Source of the DNA: Auanema rhodensis
Lineage: Eukaryota; Animalia; Nematoda
Direction of reading: 5' to 3'
Assembly (NCBI GenBank): GCA_964057225.1
Contig: OZ059895.1
Span: 21,514,001 to 21,578,000, forward strand
DNA: 64,000 nt
Position 1 is the first letter of the stretch; each line of letters starts with the position of its first letter. Positions 12,901-27,900 of the stretch are shown in pieces. The notes under the pieces were generated by a model, which did no database searches, was not told the DNA's origin, and worked only from the letters and a program-made list of their open reading frames with translations. The position numbers were made by a program, and so were the translations under genes.

Positions 12901-15900
12901 TATAGTGCATTCGATGCGGATTTTTAAGCTGCGTCGATCTGTGTTATCAGATTTGCGCTAGCTTAAAAATGCACCGAGATATCAACTGATATAAGTTCAC
13001 ACTTATATCCTCGATTTTCACCCTGAAGAATTAATTTTTTCGTTGAATAACATTGTCCATCGTCTTTGCCTTAAAAAAAGGAATCTAAAAACATCTACTT
13101 TTTGATAAATTATTTTAAAATTTTTCGAAAAAATTTTTGTCAAAATGTTTTTGGAAGCAATGTTGAGTGTACATGGAAACTCAACATACACTAATGCATA
13201 TTTTTTCAAACGATCATAACTAATTTTTGTATTAAGCGTTTCTCAATGTAGTATAGTGCATTCGATGCGGATTTTTAAGCTGCGTCGATCTGTGTGATCA
13301 GATTTGCGCTAGCTTAAAATTGCACCGAGATATCAACTGATATAAGTTCACACTTATATCCTCGATTTTCACCCTGAAGAATTAATTTTTTCGTTGAATA
13401 ACATTGTCCATCGTCTTTGCCTTAAAAAAAGGAATCTAAAAACATCTACTTTTTGATAAATTATTTTAAAATTTTTCGAAAAAATTTTTGTCAAAATGGT
13501 TTTGGAAGCAATGTTGAGTGTACATGGAAACTCAACATACACTAATGCATAATTTTTCAAACGATCATAACTAATTTTTGTATTAAGCGTTTCTCAATGT
13601 AGTATAGTGCATTCGATGCGGATTTTTAAGCTGCGTCGATCTGTGTTATCAGATTTGCGCTAGCTTAAAAATGCACCGAGATATCAACTGATATAAGTTC
13701 ACACTTATATCCTCGATTTTCACCCTGAAGAATTAATTTTTTCGTTGAATAACAATGTCCATCGTCTTTGCCTTGAAAAAAGGAATCTAAAAACATCTAC
13801 TTTTTGCTAAATTATATTGAAATTTTTCGAAAAAATTTTTGTCAAAATGTTTTTGGAAGCAATGTTGAGTGTACATGGAAACTCAACATACACTAATGCA
13901 TCATTTTTCAAACGATCATAACTAATTTTTCTATAAAGCGTTTCTCAATGTAGTATAGTGCATTCGATGCGGATTTTTAAGCTGCGTCGATCTGTGTTAT
14001 CAGATTTGCGCTAGCTTAAAAATGCACCGAGATATCAACTGATATAAGTTCTTACTTATATCCTCGATTTTCACCCTGAAGAATTGATTTTTTCGTTGAA
14101 TAACATTGTCCATCGTCTTTGCCTTAAAAAAAGGAATCTAAAAACATCTACTTTTTGCTAAATTATATTGAAATTTCTCGAAAAAATTTTTGTCAAAATG
14201 TTTTTGGAAGCAATGTTGAGTGTACATGGAAACTCAACATACACTAATGCATCATTTTTCAAACGATCATAACTAATTTTTCTATAAAGCGTTTTTCAAT
14301 GTAGTATAGTGCATTCGATGCGGATTTTTAAGCTGCGTCGATCTGTGTTATCAGATTTGCGCTAGCTTAAAAATGCACCGAGATATCAACTGATATAAGT
14401 TCACACTTATATCCTCGATTTTCACCCTGAAGAATTAATTTTTTCGTTGAATAACAATGTCCATCGTCTTTGCCTTGAAAAAAGGAATCTAAAAACATCT
14501 ACTTTTTGCTAAATTATATTGAAATTTTTCGAAAAAATTTTTGTCAAAATGTTTTTGGAAGCAATGTTGAGTGTACATGGAAACTCAACATACACTAATG
14601 CATCATTTTTCAAACGATCATAACTAATTTTTCTATAAAGCGTTTCTCAATGTAGTATAGTGCATTCGATGCGGATTTTTAAGCTGCGTCGATCTGTGTT
14701 ATCAGATTTGCGCTAGCTTAAAAACGCACCGAGATATCAACTGATATAAGTTCTTACTTATATCCTCGATTTTCACCCTGAAGAATTGATTTTTTCGTTG
14801 AATAACATTGTCCATCGTCTTTGCCTTAAAAAAAGGAATCTAAAAACATCTACTTTTGCTAGATTATTTTAAAATTTCTCGAAAAAATTTTTGTCAAAAT
14901 GTTTTTGGAAGCAATATTGAGTGTACATGGAAACTCAACATACACTAATGCATCATTTTTCAAACGATCATAACTAATTTTTCTATAAAGCGTTTCTCAA
15001 TGTAGTATAGTGCATTCGATGCGGATTTTTAAGCTGCGTCGATCTGTGTTATCAGATTTGCGCTAGCTTAAAAATGCACCGAGATATCAACTGATATAAG
15101 TTCACACTTATATCCTCGATTTTCACCCTGAAGAATTGATTTTTTCGTTGAATAACATTGTCCATCGTCTTTGCCTTGAAAAAAGGAATCTAAAAACATC
15201 TACTTTTGCTAGATTATTTTGAAATTTCTCGAAAAAATTTTTGTCAAAATGTTTTTGGAAGCAATGTTGAGTGTACATGGAAACTCAACATACACTAATG
15301 CATCATTTTTCAAACGATCATAACTAATTTTTGTATTAAGCGTTTCTCAGTGTAGTATAGTGCATTCGATGCGGATTTTTAAGCTGCGTCGATCTGTGTT
15401 ATCAGATTTGCGCTAGCTTAAAAATGCACCGAGATATCAACTGATATAAGTTCACACTTATATCCTCGATTTTCACCCTGAAGAATTGATTTTTTCGTTG
15501 AATAACATTGTCCATCGTCTTTGCCTTGAAAAAAGGAATCTAAAAACATCTACTTTTGCTAGATTATTTTGAAATTTCTCGAAAAAATTTTTGTCAAAAT
15601 GTTTTTGGAAGCAATGTTGAGTGTACATGGAAACTCAACATACACTAATGCATCATTTTTCAAACGATCATAACTAATTTTTCTATAAAGCGTTTCTCAA
15701 TGTAGTATAGTGCATTCGATGCGGATTTTTAAGCTGCGTCGATCTGTGTTATCAGATTTGCGCTAGCTTAAAAATGCACCGAGATATCAACTGATATAAG
15801 TTCACACTTATATCCTCGATTTTCACCCTGAAGAATTAATTTTTTCGTTGAATAACATTGTCCATCGTCTTTGCCTTAAAAAAAGGAATCTAAAAACATC

Positions 15901-18900
15901 TACTTTTTGATAAATTATTTTAAAATTTTTCGAAAAAATTTTTGTCAAAATGTTTTTGGAAGCAATGTTGAGTGTACATGGAAACTCAACATACACTAAT
16001 GCATCATTTTTCAAACGATCATAACTAATTTTTCTATAAAGCGTTTCTCAATGTAGTATAGTGCATTCGATGCGGATTTTTAAGCTGCGTCGATCTGTGT
16101 TATCAGATTTGCGCTAGCTTAAAAATGCACCGAGATATCAACTGATATAAGTTCACACTTATATCCTCGATTTTCACCCTGAAGAATTGATTTTTTCGTT
16201 GAATAACATTGTCCATCGTCTTTGCCTTGAAAAAAGGAATCTAAAAACATCTACTTTTGCTAGATTATTTTGAAATTTCTCGAAAAAATTTTTGTCAAAA
16301 TGTTTTTGGAAGCAATGTTGAGTGTACATGGAAACTCAACATACACTAATGCATCATTTTTCAAACGATCATAACTAATTTTTCTATAAAGCGTTTCTCA
16401 ATGTAGTATAGTGCATTCGATGCGGATTTTTAAGCTGCGTCGATCTGTGTTATCAGATTTGCGCTAGCTTAAAAATGCACCGAGATATCAACTGATATAA
16501 GTTCACACTTATATCCTCGATTTTCACCCTGAAGAATTAATTTTTTCGTTGAATAACATTGTCCATCGTCTTTGCCTTAAAAAAAAAAATCTAAAAACAT
16601 CTACTTTTTGATAAATTATTTTAAAATTTTTCGAAAAAATTTTTGTCAAAATGTTTTTGGAAGCAATGTTGAGTGTACATGGAAACTCAACATACACTAA
16701 TGCATAATTTTTCAAACGATCATAACTAATTTTTGTATTAAGCGTTTCTCAGTGTAGTATAGTGCATTCGATGCGGATTTTTAAGCTGCGTCGATCTGTG
16801 TTATCAGATTTGCGCTAGCTTAAAAATGCACCGAGATATCAACTGATATAAGTTCACACTTATATCCTCGATTTTCACCCTGAAGAATTGATTTTTTCGT
16901 TGAATAACATTGTCCATCGTCTTTGCCTTGAAAAAAGGAATCTAAAAACATCTACTTTTGCTAGATTATTTTGAAATTTCTCGAAAAAATTTTTGTCAAA
17001 ATGTTTTTGGAAGCAATGTTGAGTGTACATGGAAACTCAACATACACTAATGCATCATTTTTCAAACGATCATAACTAATTTTTCTATAAAGCGTTTCTC
17101 AATGTAGTATAGTGCATTCGATGCGGATTTTTAAGCTGCGTCGATCTGTGTTATCAGATTTGCGCTAGCTTAAAAATGCACCGAGATATCAACTGATATA
17201 AGTTCACACTTATATCCTCGATTTTCACCCTGAAGAATTAATTTTTTCGTTGAATAACATTGTCCATCGTCTTTGCCTTAAAAAAAGGAATCTAAAAACA
17301 TCTACTTTTTGATGAATTATTTTAAAATTTTTCGAAAAAATTTTTGTCAAAATGTTTTTGGAAGCAATGTTGAGTGTACATGGAAACTCAACATACACTA
17401 ATGCATAATTTTTCAAACGATCATAACTAATTTTTGTATTAAGCGTTTCTCAATGTAGTATAGTGCATTCGATGCGGATTTTTAAGCTGCGTCGATCTGT
17501 GTTATCAGATTCGCGCTAGCTTAAAAATGCACCGAGATATCAACTGATATAAGTTCACACTTATATCCTCGATTTTCACCCTGAAGAATTAATTTTTTCG
17601 TTGAATAACATTGTCCATCGTCTTTGCCTTAAAAAAAGAAATCTAAAAACATCTACTTTTTGATGAATTATTTTAAAATTTTTCGAAAAAATTTTTGTCA
17701 AAATGTTTTTGGAAGCAATGTTGAGTGTACATGGAAACTCAACATACACTAATGCATAATTTTTCAAACGATCATAACTAATTTTTGTATTAAGCGTTTC
17801 TCAATGTAGTATAGTGCATTCGATGCGGATTTTTAAGCTGCGTCGATCTGTGTTATCAGATTCGCGCTAGCTTAAAAATGCACCGAGATATCAACTGATA
17901 TAAGTTCACACTTATATCCTCGATTTTCACCCTGAAGAATTAATTTTTTCGTTGAATAACATTGTCCATCGTCTTTGCCTTAAAAAAAGGAATCTAAAAA
18001 CATCTACTTTTTGATAAATTATTTTAAAATTTTTCGAAAAAATTTTTGTCAAAATGTTTTTGGAAGCAATGTTGAGTGTACATGGAAACTCAACATACAC
18101 TAATGCATAATTTTTCAAACGATCATAACTAATTTTTGTATTAAGCGTTTCTCAATGTAGTATAGTGCATTCGATGCGGATTTTTGAGCTGCGTTGATCT
18201 GTGTTATCAGATTTGCGCTAGCTTAAAAATGCACCGAGATATCAACTGATATAAGTTCACACTTATATCCTCTATTTTCACCCTGAAGAATTAATTTTTT
18301 CGTTGAATAACAATGTCCATCGTCTTTGCCTTGAAAAAAGGAATCTAAAAACATCTACTTTTTGCTAAATTATATTGAAATTTTTCGAAAAAATTTTTGT
18401 CAAAATGTTTTTGGAAGCAATGTTGAGTGTACATGGAAACTCAACATACACTAATGCATCATTTTTCAAACGATCATAACTAATTTTTCTATAAAGCGTT
18501 TCTCAATGTAGTATAGTGCATTCGATGCGGATTTTTAAGCTGCGTCGATCTGTGTTATCAGATTTGCGCTAGCTTAAAAATGCACCGAGATATCAACTGA
18601 TATAAGTTCACACTTATATCCTCGATTTTCACCCTGAGGAATTGATTTTTTCGTTGAATAACATTGTCCATCGTCTTTGCCTTGAAAAAAGGAATCTAAA
18701 AACATCTACTTTTGCTAGATTATTTTGAAATTTCTCGAAAAAATTTTTGTCAAAATGTTTTTGGAAGCAATGTTGAGTGTACATGGAAACTCAACATACA
18801 CTAATGCATAATTTTTCAAACGATCATAACTAATTTTTGTATTAAGCGTTTCTCAATGTAGTATAGTGCATTCGATGCGGATTTTTGAGCTGCGTTGATC

Positions 18901-21900
18901 TGTGTTATCAGATTTGCGCTAGCTTAAAAATGCACCGAGATATCAACTGATATAAGTTCACACTTATATCCTCTATTTTCACCCTGAAGAATTAATTTTT
19001 TCGTTGAATAACAATGTCCATCGTCTTTGCCTTGAAAAAAGGAATCTAAAAACATCTACTTTTTGCTAAATTATATTGAAATTTTTCGAAAAAATTTTTG
19101 TCAAAATGTTTTTGGAAGCAATGTTGAGTGTACATGGAAACTCAACATACACTAATGCATCATTTTTCAAACGATCATAACTAATTTTTCTATAAAGCGT
19201 TTCTCAATGTAGTATAGTGCATTCGATGCGGATTTTTAAGCTGCGTCGATCTGTGTTATCAGATTTGCGCTAGCTTAAAAATGCACCGAGATATCAACTG
19301 ATATAAGTTCACACTTATATCCTCGATTTTCACCCTGAGGAATTGATTTTTTCGTTGAATAACATTGTCCATCGTCTTTGCCTTGAAAAAAGGAATCTAA
19401 AAACATCTACTTTTGCTAGATTATTTTGAAATTTCTCGAAAAATTTTTTGTCAAAATGTTTTTGGAAGCAATGTTGAGTGTACATGGAAACTCAACATAC
19501 ACTAATGCATAATTTTTCAAACGATCATAACTAATTTTTGTATTAAGCGTTTCTCAATGTAGTATAGTGCATTCGATGCGGATTTTTAAGCTGCGTCGAT
19601 CTGTGTTATCAGATTTGCGCTAGCTTAAAAATGCACCGAGATATCAACTGATATAAGTTCACACTTATATCCTCGATTTTCACCCTGAGGAATTGATTTT
19701 TTCGTTGAATAACAATGTCCATCGTCTTTGCCTTGAAAAAAGGAATCTAAAAACATCTACTTTTGCTAGATTATTTTGAAATTTCTCGAAAAAATTTTTG
19801 TCAAAATGTTTTTGGAAGCAATGTTGAGTGTACATGGAAACTCAACATACACTAATGCATAATTTTTCAAACGATCATAACTAATTTTTGTATTAAGCGT
19901 TTCTCAATGTAGTATAGTGCATTCGATGCGGATTTTTGAGCTGCGTTGATCTGTGTTATCAGATTTGCGCTAGCTTAAAAATGCACCGAGATATCAACTG
20001 ATATAAGTTCACACTTATATCCTCGATTTTCACCCTGAAGAATTAATTTTTTCGTTGAATAACATTGTCCATCGTCTTTGCCTTGAAAAAAGGAATCTAA
20101 AAACATCTACTTTTTGCTAAATTATATTGAAATTTTTCGAAAAAATTTTTGTCAAAATGTTTTTGGAAGCAATGTTGAGTGTACATGGAAACTCAACATA
20201 CACTAATGCATCATTTTTCAAACGATCATAACTAATTTTTCTATAAAGCGTTTCTCAATGTAGTATAGTGCATTCGATGCGGATTTTTAAGCTGCGTCGA
20301 TCTGTGTTATCAGATTTGCGCTAGCTTAAAAATGCACCGAGATATCAACTGATATAAGTTCACACTTATATCCTCGATTTTCACCCTGAGGAATTGATTT
20401 TTTCGTTGAATAACATTGTCCATCGTCTTTGCCTTGAAAAAAGGAATCTAAAAACATCTACTTTTGCTAGATTATTTTGAAATTTCTCGAAAAATTTTTT
20501 GTCAAAATGTTTTTGGAAGCAATGTTGAGTGTACATGGAAACTCAACATACACTAATGCATAATTTTTCAAACGATCATAACTAATTTTTGTATTAAGCG
20601 TTTCTCAATGTAGTATAGTGCATTCGATGCGGATTTTTAAGCTGCGTCGATCTGTGTTATCAGATTTGCGCTAGCTTAAAAATGCACCGAGATATCAACT
20701 GATATAAGTTCACACTTATATCCTCTATTTTCACCCTGAAGAATTAATTTTTTCGTTGAATAACAATGTCCATCGTCTTTGCCTTGAAAAAAGGAATCTA
20801 AAAACATCTACTTTTTGCTAAATTATATTGAAATTTTTCGAAAAAATTTTTGTCAAAATGTTTTTGGAAGCAATGTTGAGTGTACATGGAAACTCAACAT
20901 ACACTAATGCATAATTTTTCAAACGATCATAACTAATTTTTGTATTAAGCGTTTCTCAATGTAGTATAGTGCATTCGATGCGGATTTTTAAGCTGCGTCG
21001 ATCTGTGTTATCAGATTTGCGCTAGCTTAAAAATGCACCGAGATATCAACTGATATAAGTTCACACTTATATCCTCGATTTTCACCCTGAAGAATTAATT
21101 TTTTCGTTGAATAACATTGTCCATCGTCTTTGCCTTAAAAAAAGGAATCTAAAAACATCTACTTTTTGATAAATTATTTTAAAATTTTTCGAAAAAATTT
21201 TTGTCAAAATGTTTTTGGAAGCAATGTTGAGTGTACATGGAAACTCAACATACACTAATGCATAATTTTTCAAACGATCATAACTAATTTTTGTATTAAG
21301 CGTTTCTCAGTGTAGTATAGTGCATTCGATGCGGATTTTTAAGCTGCGTCGATCTGTGTTATCAGATTTGCGCTAGCTTAAAAATGCACCGAGATATCAA
21401 CTGATATAAGTTCACACTTATATCCTCGATTTTCACCCTGAAGAATTGATTTTTTCGTTGAATAACATTGTCCATCGTCTTTGCCTTGAAAAAAGGAATC
21501 TAAAAACATCTACTTTTGCTAGATTATTTTGAAATTTCTCGAAAAAATTTTTGTCAAAATGTTTTTGGAAGCAATGTTGAGTGTACATGGAAACTCAACA
21601 TACACTAATGCATCATTTTTCAAACGATCATAACTAATTTTTGTATTAAGCGTTTCTCAGTGTAGTATAGTGCATTCGATGCGGATTTTTAAGCTGCGTC
21701 GATCTGTGTTATCAGATTTGCGCTAGCTTAAAAATGCACCGAGATATCAACTGATATAAGTTCACACTTATATCCTCGATTTTCACCCTGAAGAATTGAT
21801 TTTTTCGTTGAATAACATTGTCCATCGTCTTTGCCTTGAAAAAAGGAATCTAAAAACATCTACTTTTGCTAGATTATTTTGAAATTTCTCGAAAAAATTT

Positions 21901-24900
21901 TTGTCAAAATGTTTTTGGAAGCAATGTTGAGTGTACATGGAAACTCAACATACACTAATGCATCATTTTTCAAACGATCATAACTAATTTTTCTATAAAG
22001 CGTTTCTCAATGTAGTATAGTGCATTCTATGCGGATTTTTAAGCTGCGTCGATCTGTGTTATCAGATTTGCGCTAGCTTAAAAATGCACCGAGATATCAA
22101 CTGATATAAGTTCACACTTATATCCTCGATTTTCACCCTGAAGAATTAATTTTTTCGTTGAATAACATTGTCCATCGTCTTTGCCTTAAAAAAAGGAATC
22201 TAAAAACATCTACTTTTTGATAAATTATTTTAAAATTTTTCGAAAAAATTTTTGTCAAAATGTTTTTGGAAGCAATGTTGAGTGTACATGGAAACTCAAC
22301 ATACACTAATGCATAATTTTTCAAACGATCATAACTAATTTTTGTATTAAGCGTTTCTCAGTGTAGTATAGTGCATTCGATGCGGATTTTTAAGCTGCGT
22401 CGATCTGTGTTATCAGATTTGCGCTAGCTTAAAAATGCACCGAGATATCAACTGATATAAGTTCACACTTATATCCTCGATTTTCACCCTGAAGAATTGA
22501 TTTTTTCGTTGAATAACATTGTCCATCGTCTTTGCCTTGAAAAAAGGAATCTAAAAACATCTACTTTTGCTAGATTATTTTGAAATTTCTCGAAAAAATT
22601 TTTGTCAAAATGTTTTTGGAAGCAATGTTGAGTGTACATGGAAACTCAACATACACTAATGCATCATTTTTCAAACGATCATAACTAATTTTTCTATAAA
22701 GCGTTTCTCAATGTAGTATAGTGCATTCGATGCGGATTTTTAAGCTGCGTCGATCTGTGTTATCAGATTTGCGCTAGCTTAAAAATGCACCGAGATATCA
22801 ACTGATATAAGTTCACACTTATATCCTCGATTTTCACCCTGAAGAATTGATTTTTTCGTTGAATAACATTGTCCATCGTCTTTGCCTTGAAAAAAGGAAT
22901 CTAAAAACATCTACTTTTGCTAGATTATTTTGAAATTTCTCGAAAAAATTTTTGTCAAAATGTTTTTGGAAGCAATGTTGAGTGTACATGGAAACTCAAC
23001 ATACACTAATGCATCATTTTTCAAACGATCATAACTAATTTTTCTATAAAGCGTTTCTCAATGTAGTATAGTGCATTCGATGCGGATTTTTAAGCTGCGT
23101 CGATCTGTGTTATCAGATTTGCGCTAGCTTAAAAATGCACCGAGATATCAACTGATATAAGTTCACACTTATATCCTCGATTTTCACCCTGAAGAATTAA
23201 TTTTTTCGTTGAATAACATTGTCCATCGTCTTTGCCTTAAAAAAAGGAATCTAAAAACATCTACTTTTTGATGAATTATTTTAAAATTTTTCGAAAAAAT
23301 TTTTGTCAAAATGTTTTTGGAAGCAATGTTGAGTGTACATGGAAACTCAACATACACTAATGCATAATTTTTCAAACGATCATAACTAATTTTTGTATTA
23401 AGCGTTTCTCAATGTAATATAGTGCATTCGATGCGGATTTTTAAGCTGCGTCGATCTGTGTTATCAGATTCGCGCTAGCTTAAAAATGCACCGAGATATC
23501 AACTGATATAAGTTCACACTTATATCCTCGATTTTCACCCTGAAGAATTAATTTTTTCGTTGAATAACATTGTCCATCGTCTTTGCCTTAAAAAAAAGGA
23601 ATCTAAAAACATCTACTTTTTGATAAATTATTTTAAAATTTTTCGAAAAAATTTTTGTCAAAATGTTTTTGGAAGCAATGTTGAGTGTACATGGAAACTC
23701 AACATACACTAATGCATAATTTTTCAAACGATCATAACTAATTTTTGTATTAAGCGTTTCTCAATGTAGTATAGTGCATTCGATGCGGATTTTTGAGCTG
23801 CGTTGATCTGTGTTATCAGATTTGCGCTAGCTTAAAAATGCACCGAGATATCAACTGATATAAGTTCACACTTATATCCTCTATTTTCACCCTGAAGAAT
23901 TAATTTTTTCGTTGAATAACAATGTCCATCGTCTTTGCCTTGAAAAAAGGAATCTAAAAACATCTACTTTTTGCTAAATTATATTGAAATTTTTCGAAAA
24001 AATTTTTGTCAAAATGTTTTTGGAAGCAATGTTGAGTGTACATGGAAACTCAACATACACTAATGCATCATTTTTCAAACGATCATAACTAATTTTTCTA
24101 TAAAGCGTTTCTCAATGTAGTATAGTGCATTCGATGCGGATTTTTAAGCTGCGTCGATCTGTGTTATCAGATTTGCGCTAGCTTAAAAATGCACCGAGAT
24201 ATCAACTGATATAAGTTCACACTTATATCCTCGATTTTCACCCTGAGGAATTGATTTTTTCGTTGAATAACATTGTCCATCGTCTTTGCCTTGAAAAAAG
24301 GAATCTAAAAACATCTACTTTTGCTAGATTATTTTGAAATTTCTCGAAAAAATTTTTGTCAAAATGTTTTTGGAAGCAATGTTGAGTGTACATGGAAACT
24401 CAACATACACTAATGCATCATTTTTCAAACGATCATAACTAATTTTTCTATAAAGCGTTTCTCAATGTAGTATAGTGCATTCGATGCGGATTTTTAAGCT
24501 GCGTCGATCTGTGTTATCAGATTTGCGCTAGCTTAAAAATGCACCGAGATATCAACTGATATAAGTTCACACTTATATCCTCGATTTTCACCCTGAGGAA
24601 TTGATTTTTTCGTTGAATAACATTGTCCATCGTCTTTGCCTTGAAAAAAGGAATCTAAAAACATCTACTTTTGCTAGATTATTTTGAAATTTCTCGAAAA
24701 AATTTTTGTCAAAATGTTTTTGGAAGCAATGTTGAGTGTACATGGAAACTCAACATACACTAATGCATCATTTTTCAAACGATCATAACTAATTTTTCTA
24801 TAAAGCGTTTCTCAATGTAGTATAGTGCATTCGATGCGGATTTTTAAGCTGCGTCGATCTGTGTTATCAGATTTGCGCTAGCTTAAAAATGCACCGAGAT

Positions 24901-27900
24901 ATCAACTGATATAAGTTCACACTTATATCCTCGATTTTCACCCTGAGGAATTGATTTTTTCGTTGAATAACATTGTCCATCGTCTTTGCCTTGAAAAAAG
25001 GAATCTAAAAACATCTACTTTTGCTAGATTATTTTGAAATTTCTCGAAAAAATTTTTGTCAAAATGTTTTTGGAAGCAATGTTGAGTGTACATGGAAACT
25101 CAACATACACTAATGCATCATTTTTCAAACGATCATAACTAATTTTTCTATAAAGCGTTTCTCAATGTAGTATAGTGCATTCGATGCGGATTTTTAAGCT
25201 GCGTCGATCTGTGTTATCAGATTTGCGCTAGCTTAAAAATGCACCGAGATATCAACTGATATAAGTTCACACTTATGTCCTCGATTTTCAACCTGAAGAA
25301 TTAATTTTTTCGTTGAATAACATTGTCCATCGTCTTTGCCTTGAAAAAAGGAATCTAAAAACATCTACTTTTGCTAGATTATTTTGAAATTTCTCGAAAA
25401 AATTTTTGTCAAAATGTTTTTGGAAGCAATGTTGAGTGTACATGGAAACTCAACATACACTAATACATCATTTTTCAAACGATCATAACTAATTTTTCTA
25501 TAAAGCGTTTCTCAATGTAGTATAGTGCATTCGATGCGGATTTTTAAGCTGCGTCGATCTGTGTTATCAGATTTGCGCTAGCTTAAAAATGCACCGAGAT
25601 ATCAACTGATAAAAGTTCACACTTATATCCTCGATTTTCACCCTGAAGAATTAATTTTTTCGTTGAATAACATTGTCCATCGTCTTTGCCTTAAAAAAAG
25701 GAATCTAAAAACATCTACTTTTTGATGAATTATTTTAAAATTTTTCGAAAAAATTTTTGTCAAAATGTTTTTGGAAGCAATGTTGAGTGTACATGGAAAC
25801 TCAACATACACTAATGCATAATTTTTCAAACGATCATAACTAATTTTTGTATTAAGCGTTTCTCAATGTAGTATAGTGCATTCGATGCGGATTTTTAAGC
25901 TGCGTCGATCTGTGTTATCAGATTCGCGCTAGCTTAAAAATGCACCGAGATATCAACTGATATAAGTTCACACTTATATCCTCGATTTTCACCCTGAAGA
26001 ATTAATTTTTTCGTTGAATAACATTGTCCATCGTCTTTGCCTTAAAAAAAGGAATCTAAAAACATCTACTTTTTGATAAATTATTCTAAAATTTTTCGAA
26101 AAAATTTTTGTCAAAATGTTTTTGGAAGCAATGTTGAGTGTACATGGAAACTCAACATACACTAATGCATAATTTTTCAAACGATCATAACTAATTTTTG
26201 TATTAAGCGTTTCTCAATGTAGTATAGTGCATTCGATGCGGATTTTTGAGCTGCGTCGATCTGTGTTATCAGATTTGCGCTAGCTTAAAAATGCACCGAG
26301 ATATCAACTGATATAAGTTCACACTTATATCCTCTATTTTCACCCTGAAGAATTAATTTTTTCGTTGAATAACAATGTCCATCGTCTTTGCCTTGAAAAA
26401 AGGAATCTAAAAACATCTACTTTTTGCTAAATTATATTGAAATTTTTCGAAAAAATTTTTGTCAAAATGTTTTTGGAAGCAATGTTGAGTGTACATGGAA
26501 ACTCAACATACACTAATGCATCATTTTTCAAACGATCATAACTAATTTTTCTATAAAGCGTTTCTCAATGTAGTATAGTGCATTCGATGCGGATTTTTAA
26601 GCTGCGTCGATCTGTGTTATCAGATTTGCGCTAGCTTAAAAATGCACCGAGATATCAACTGATATAAGTTCACACTTATATCCTCGATTTTCACCCTGAG
26701 GAATTGATTTTTTCGTTGAATAACATTGTCCATCGTCTTTGCCTTGAAAAAAGGAATCTAAAAACATCTACTTTTGCTAGATTATTTTGAAATTTCTCGA
26801 AAAAATTTTTGTCAAAATGTTTTTGGAAGCAATGTTGAGTGTACATGGAAACTCAACATACACTAATGCATCATTTTTCAAACGATCATAACTAATTTTT
26901 CTATAAAGCGTTTCTCAATGTAGTATAGTGCATTCGATGCGGATTTTTAAGCTGCGTCGATCTGTGTTCTCAGATTTGCGCTAGCTTAAAAATGCACCGA
27001 GATATCAACTGATATAAGTTCACACTTATATCCTCTATTTTCACCCTGAAGAATTAATTTTTTCGTTGAATAACAATGTCCATCGTCTTTGCCTTGAAAA
27101 AAGGAATCTAAAAACATCTACTTTTTGCTAAATTATATTGAAATTTTTCGAAAAAATTTTTGTCAAAATGTTTTTGGAAGCAATGTTGAGTGTACATGGA
27201 AACTCAACATACACTAATGCATCATTTTTCAAACGATCATAACTAATTTTTCTATAAAGCGTTTCTCAATGTAGTATAGTGCATTCGATGCGGATTTTTA
27301 AGCTGCGTCGATCTGTGTTCTCAGATTTGCGCTAGCTTAAAAATGCACCGAGATATCAACTGATAAAAGTTCACACTTATATCCTCGATTTTCACCCTGA
27401 AGAATTAATTTTTTCGTTGAATAACATTGTCCATCGTCTTTGCCTTAAAAAAAGGAATCTAAAAACATCTACTTTTTGATGAATTATTTTAAAATTTTTC
27501 GAAAAAATTTTTGTCAAAATGTTTTTGGAAGCAATGTTGAGTGTACATGGAAACTCAACATACACTAATGCATAATTTTTCAAACGATCATAACTAATTT
27601 TTGTATTAAGCGTTTCTCAATGTAGTATAGTGCATTCGATGCGGATTTTTAAGCTGCGTCGATCTGTGTTATCAGATTCGCGCTAGCTTGAAAATGCACC
27701 GAGATATCAACTGATATAAGTTCACACTTATATCCTCGATTTTCACCCTGAAGAATTAATTTTTTCGTTGAATAACATTGTCCATCGTCTTTGCCTTAAA
27801 AAAAGGAATCTAAAAACATCTACTTTTTGATAAATTATTCTAAAATTTTTCGAAAAAATTTTTGTCAAAATGTTTTTGGAAGCAATGTTGAGTGTACATG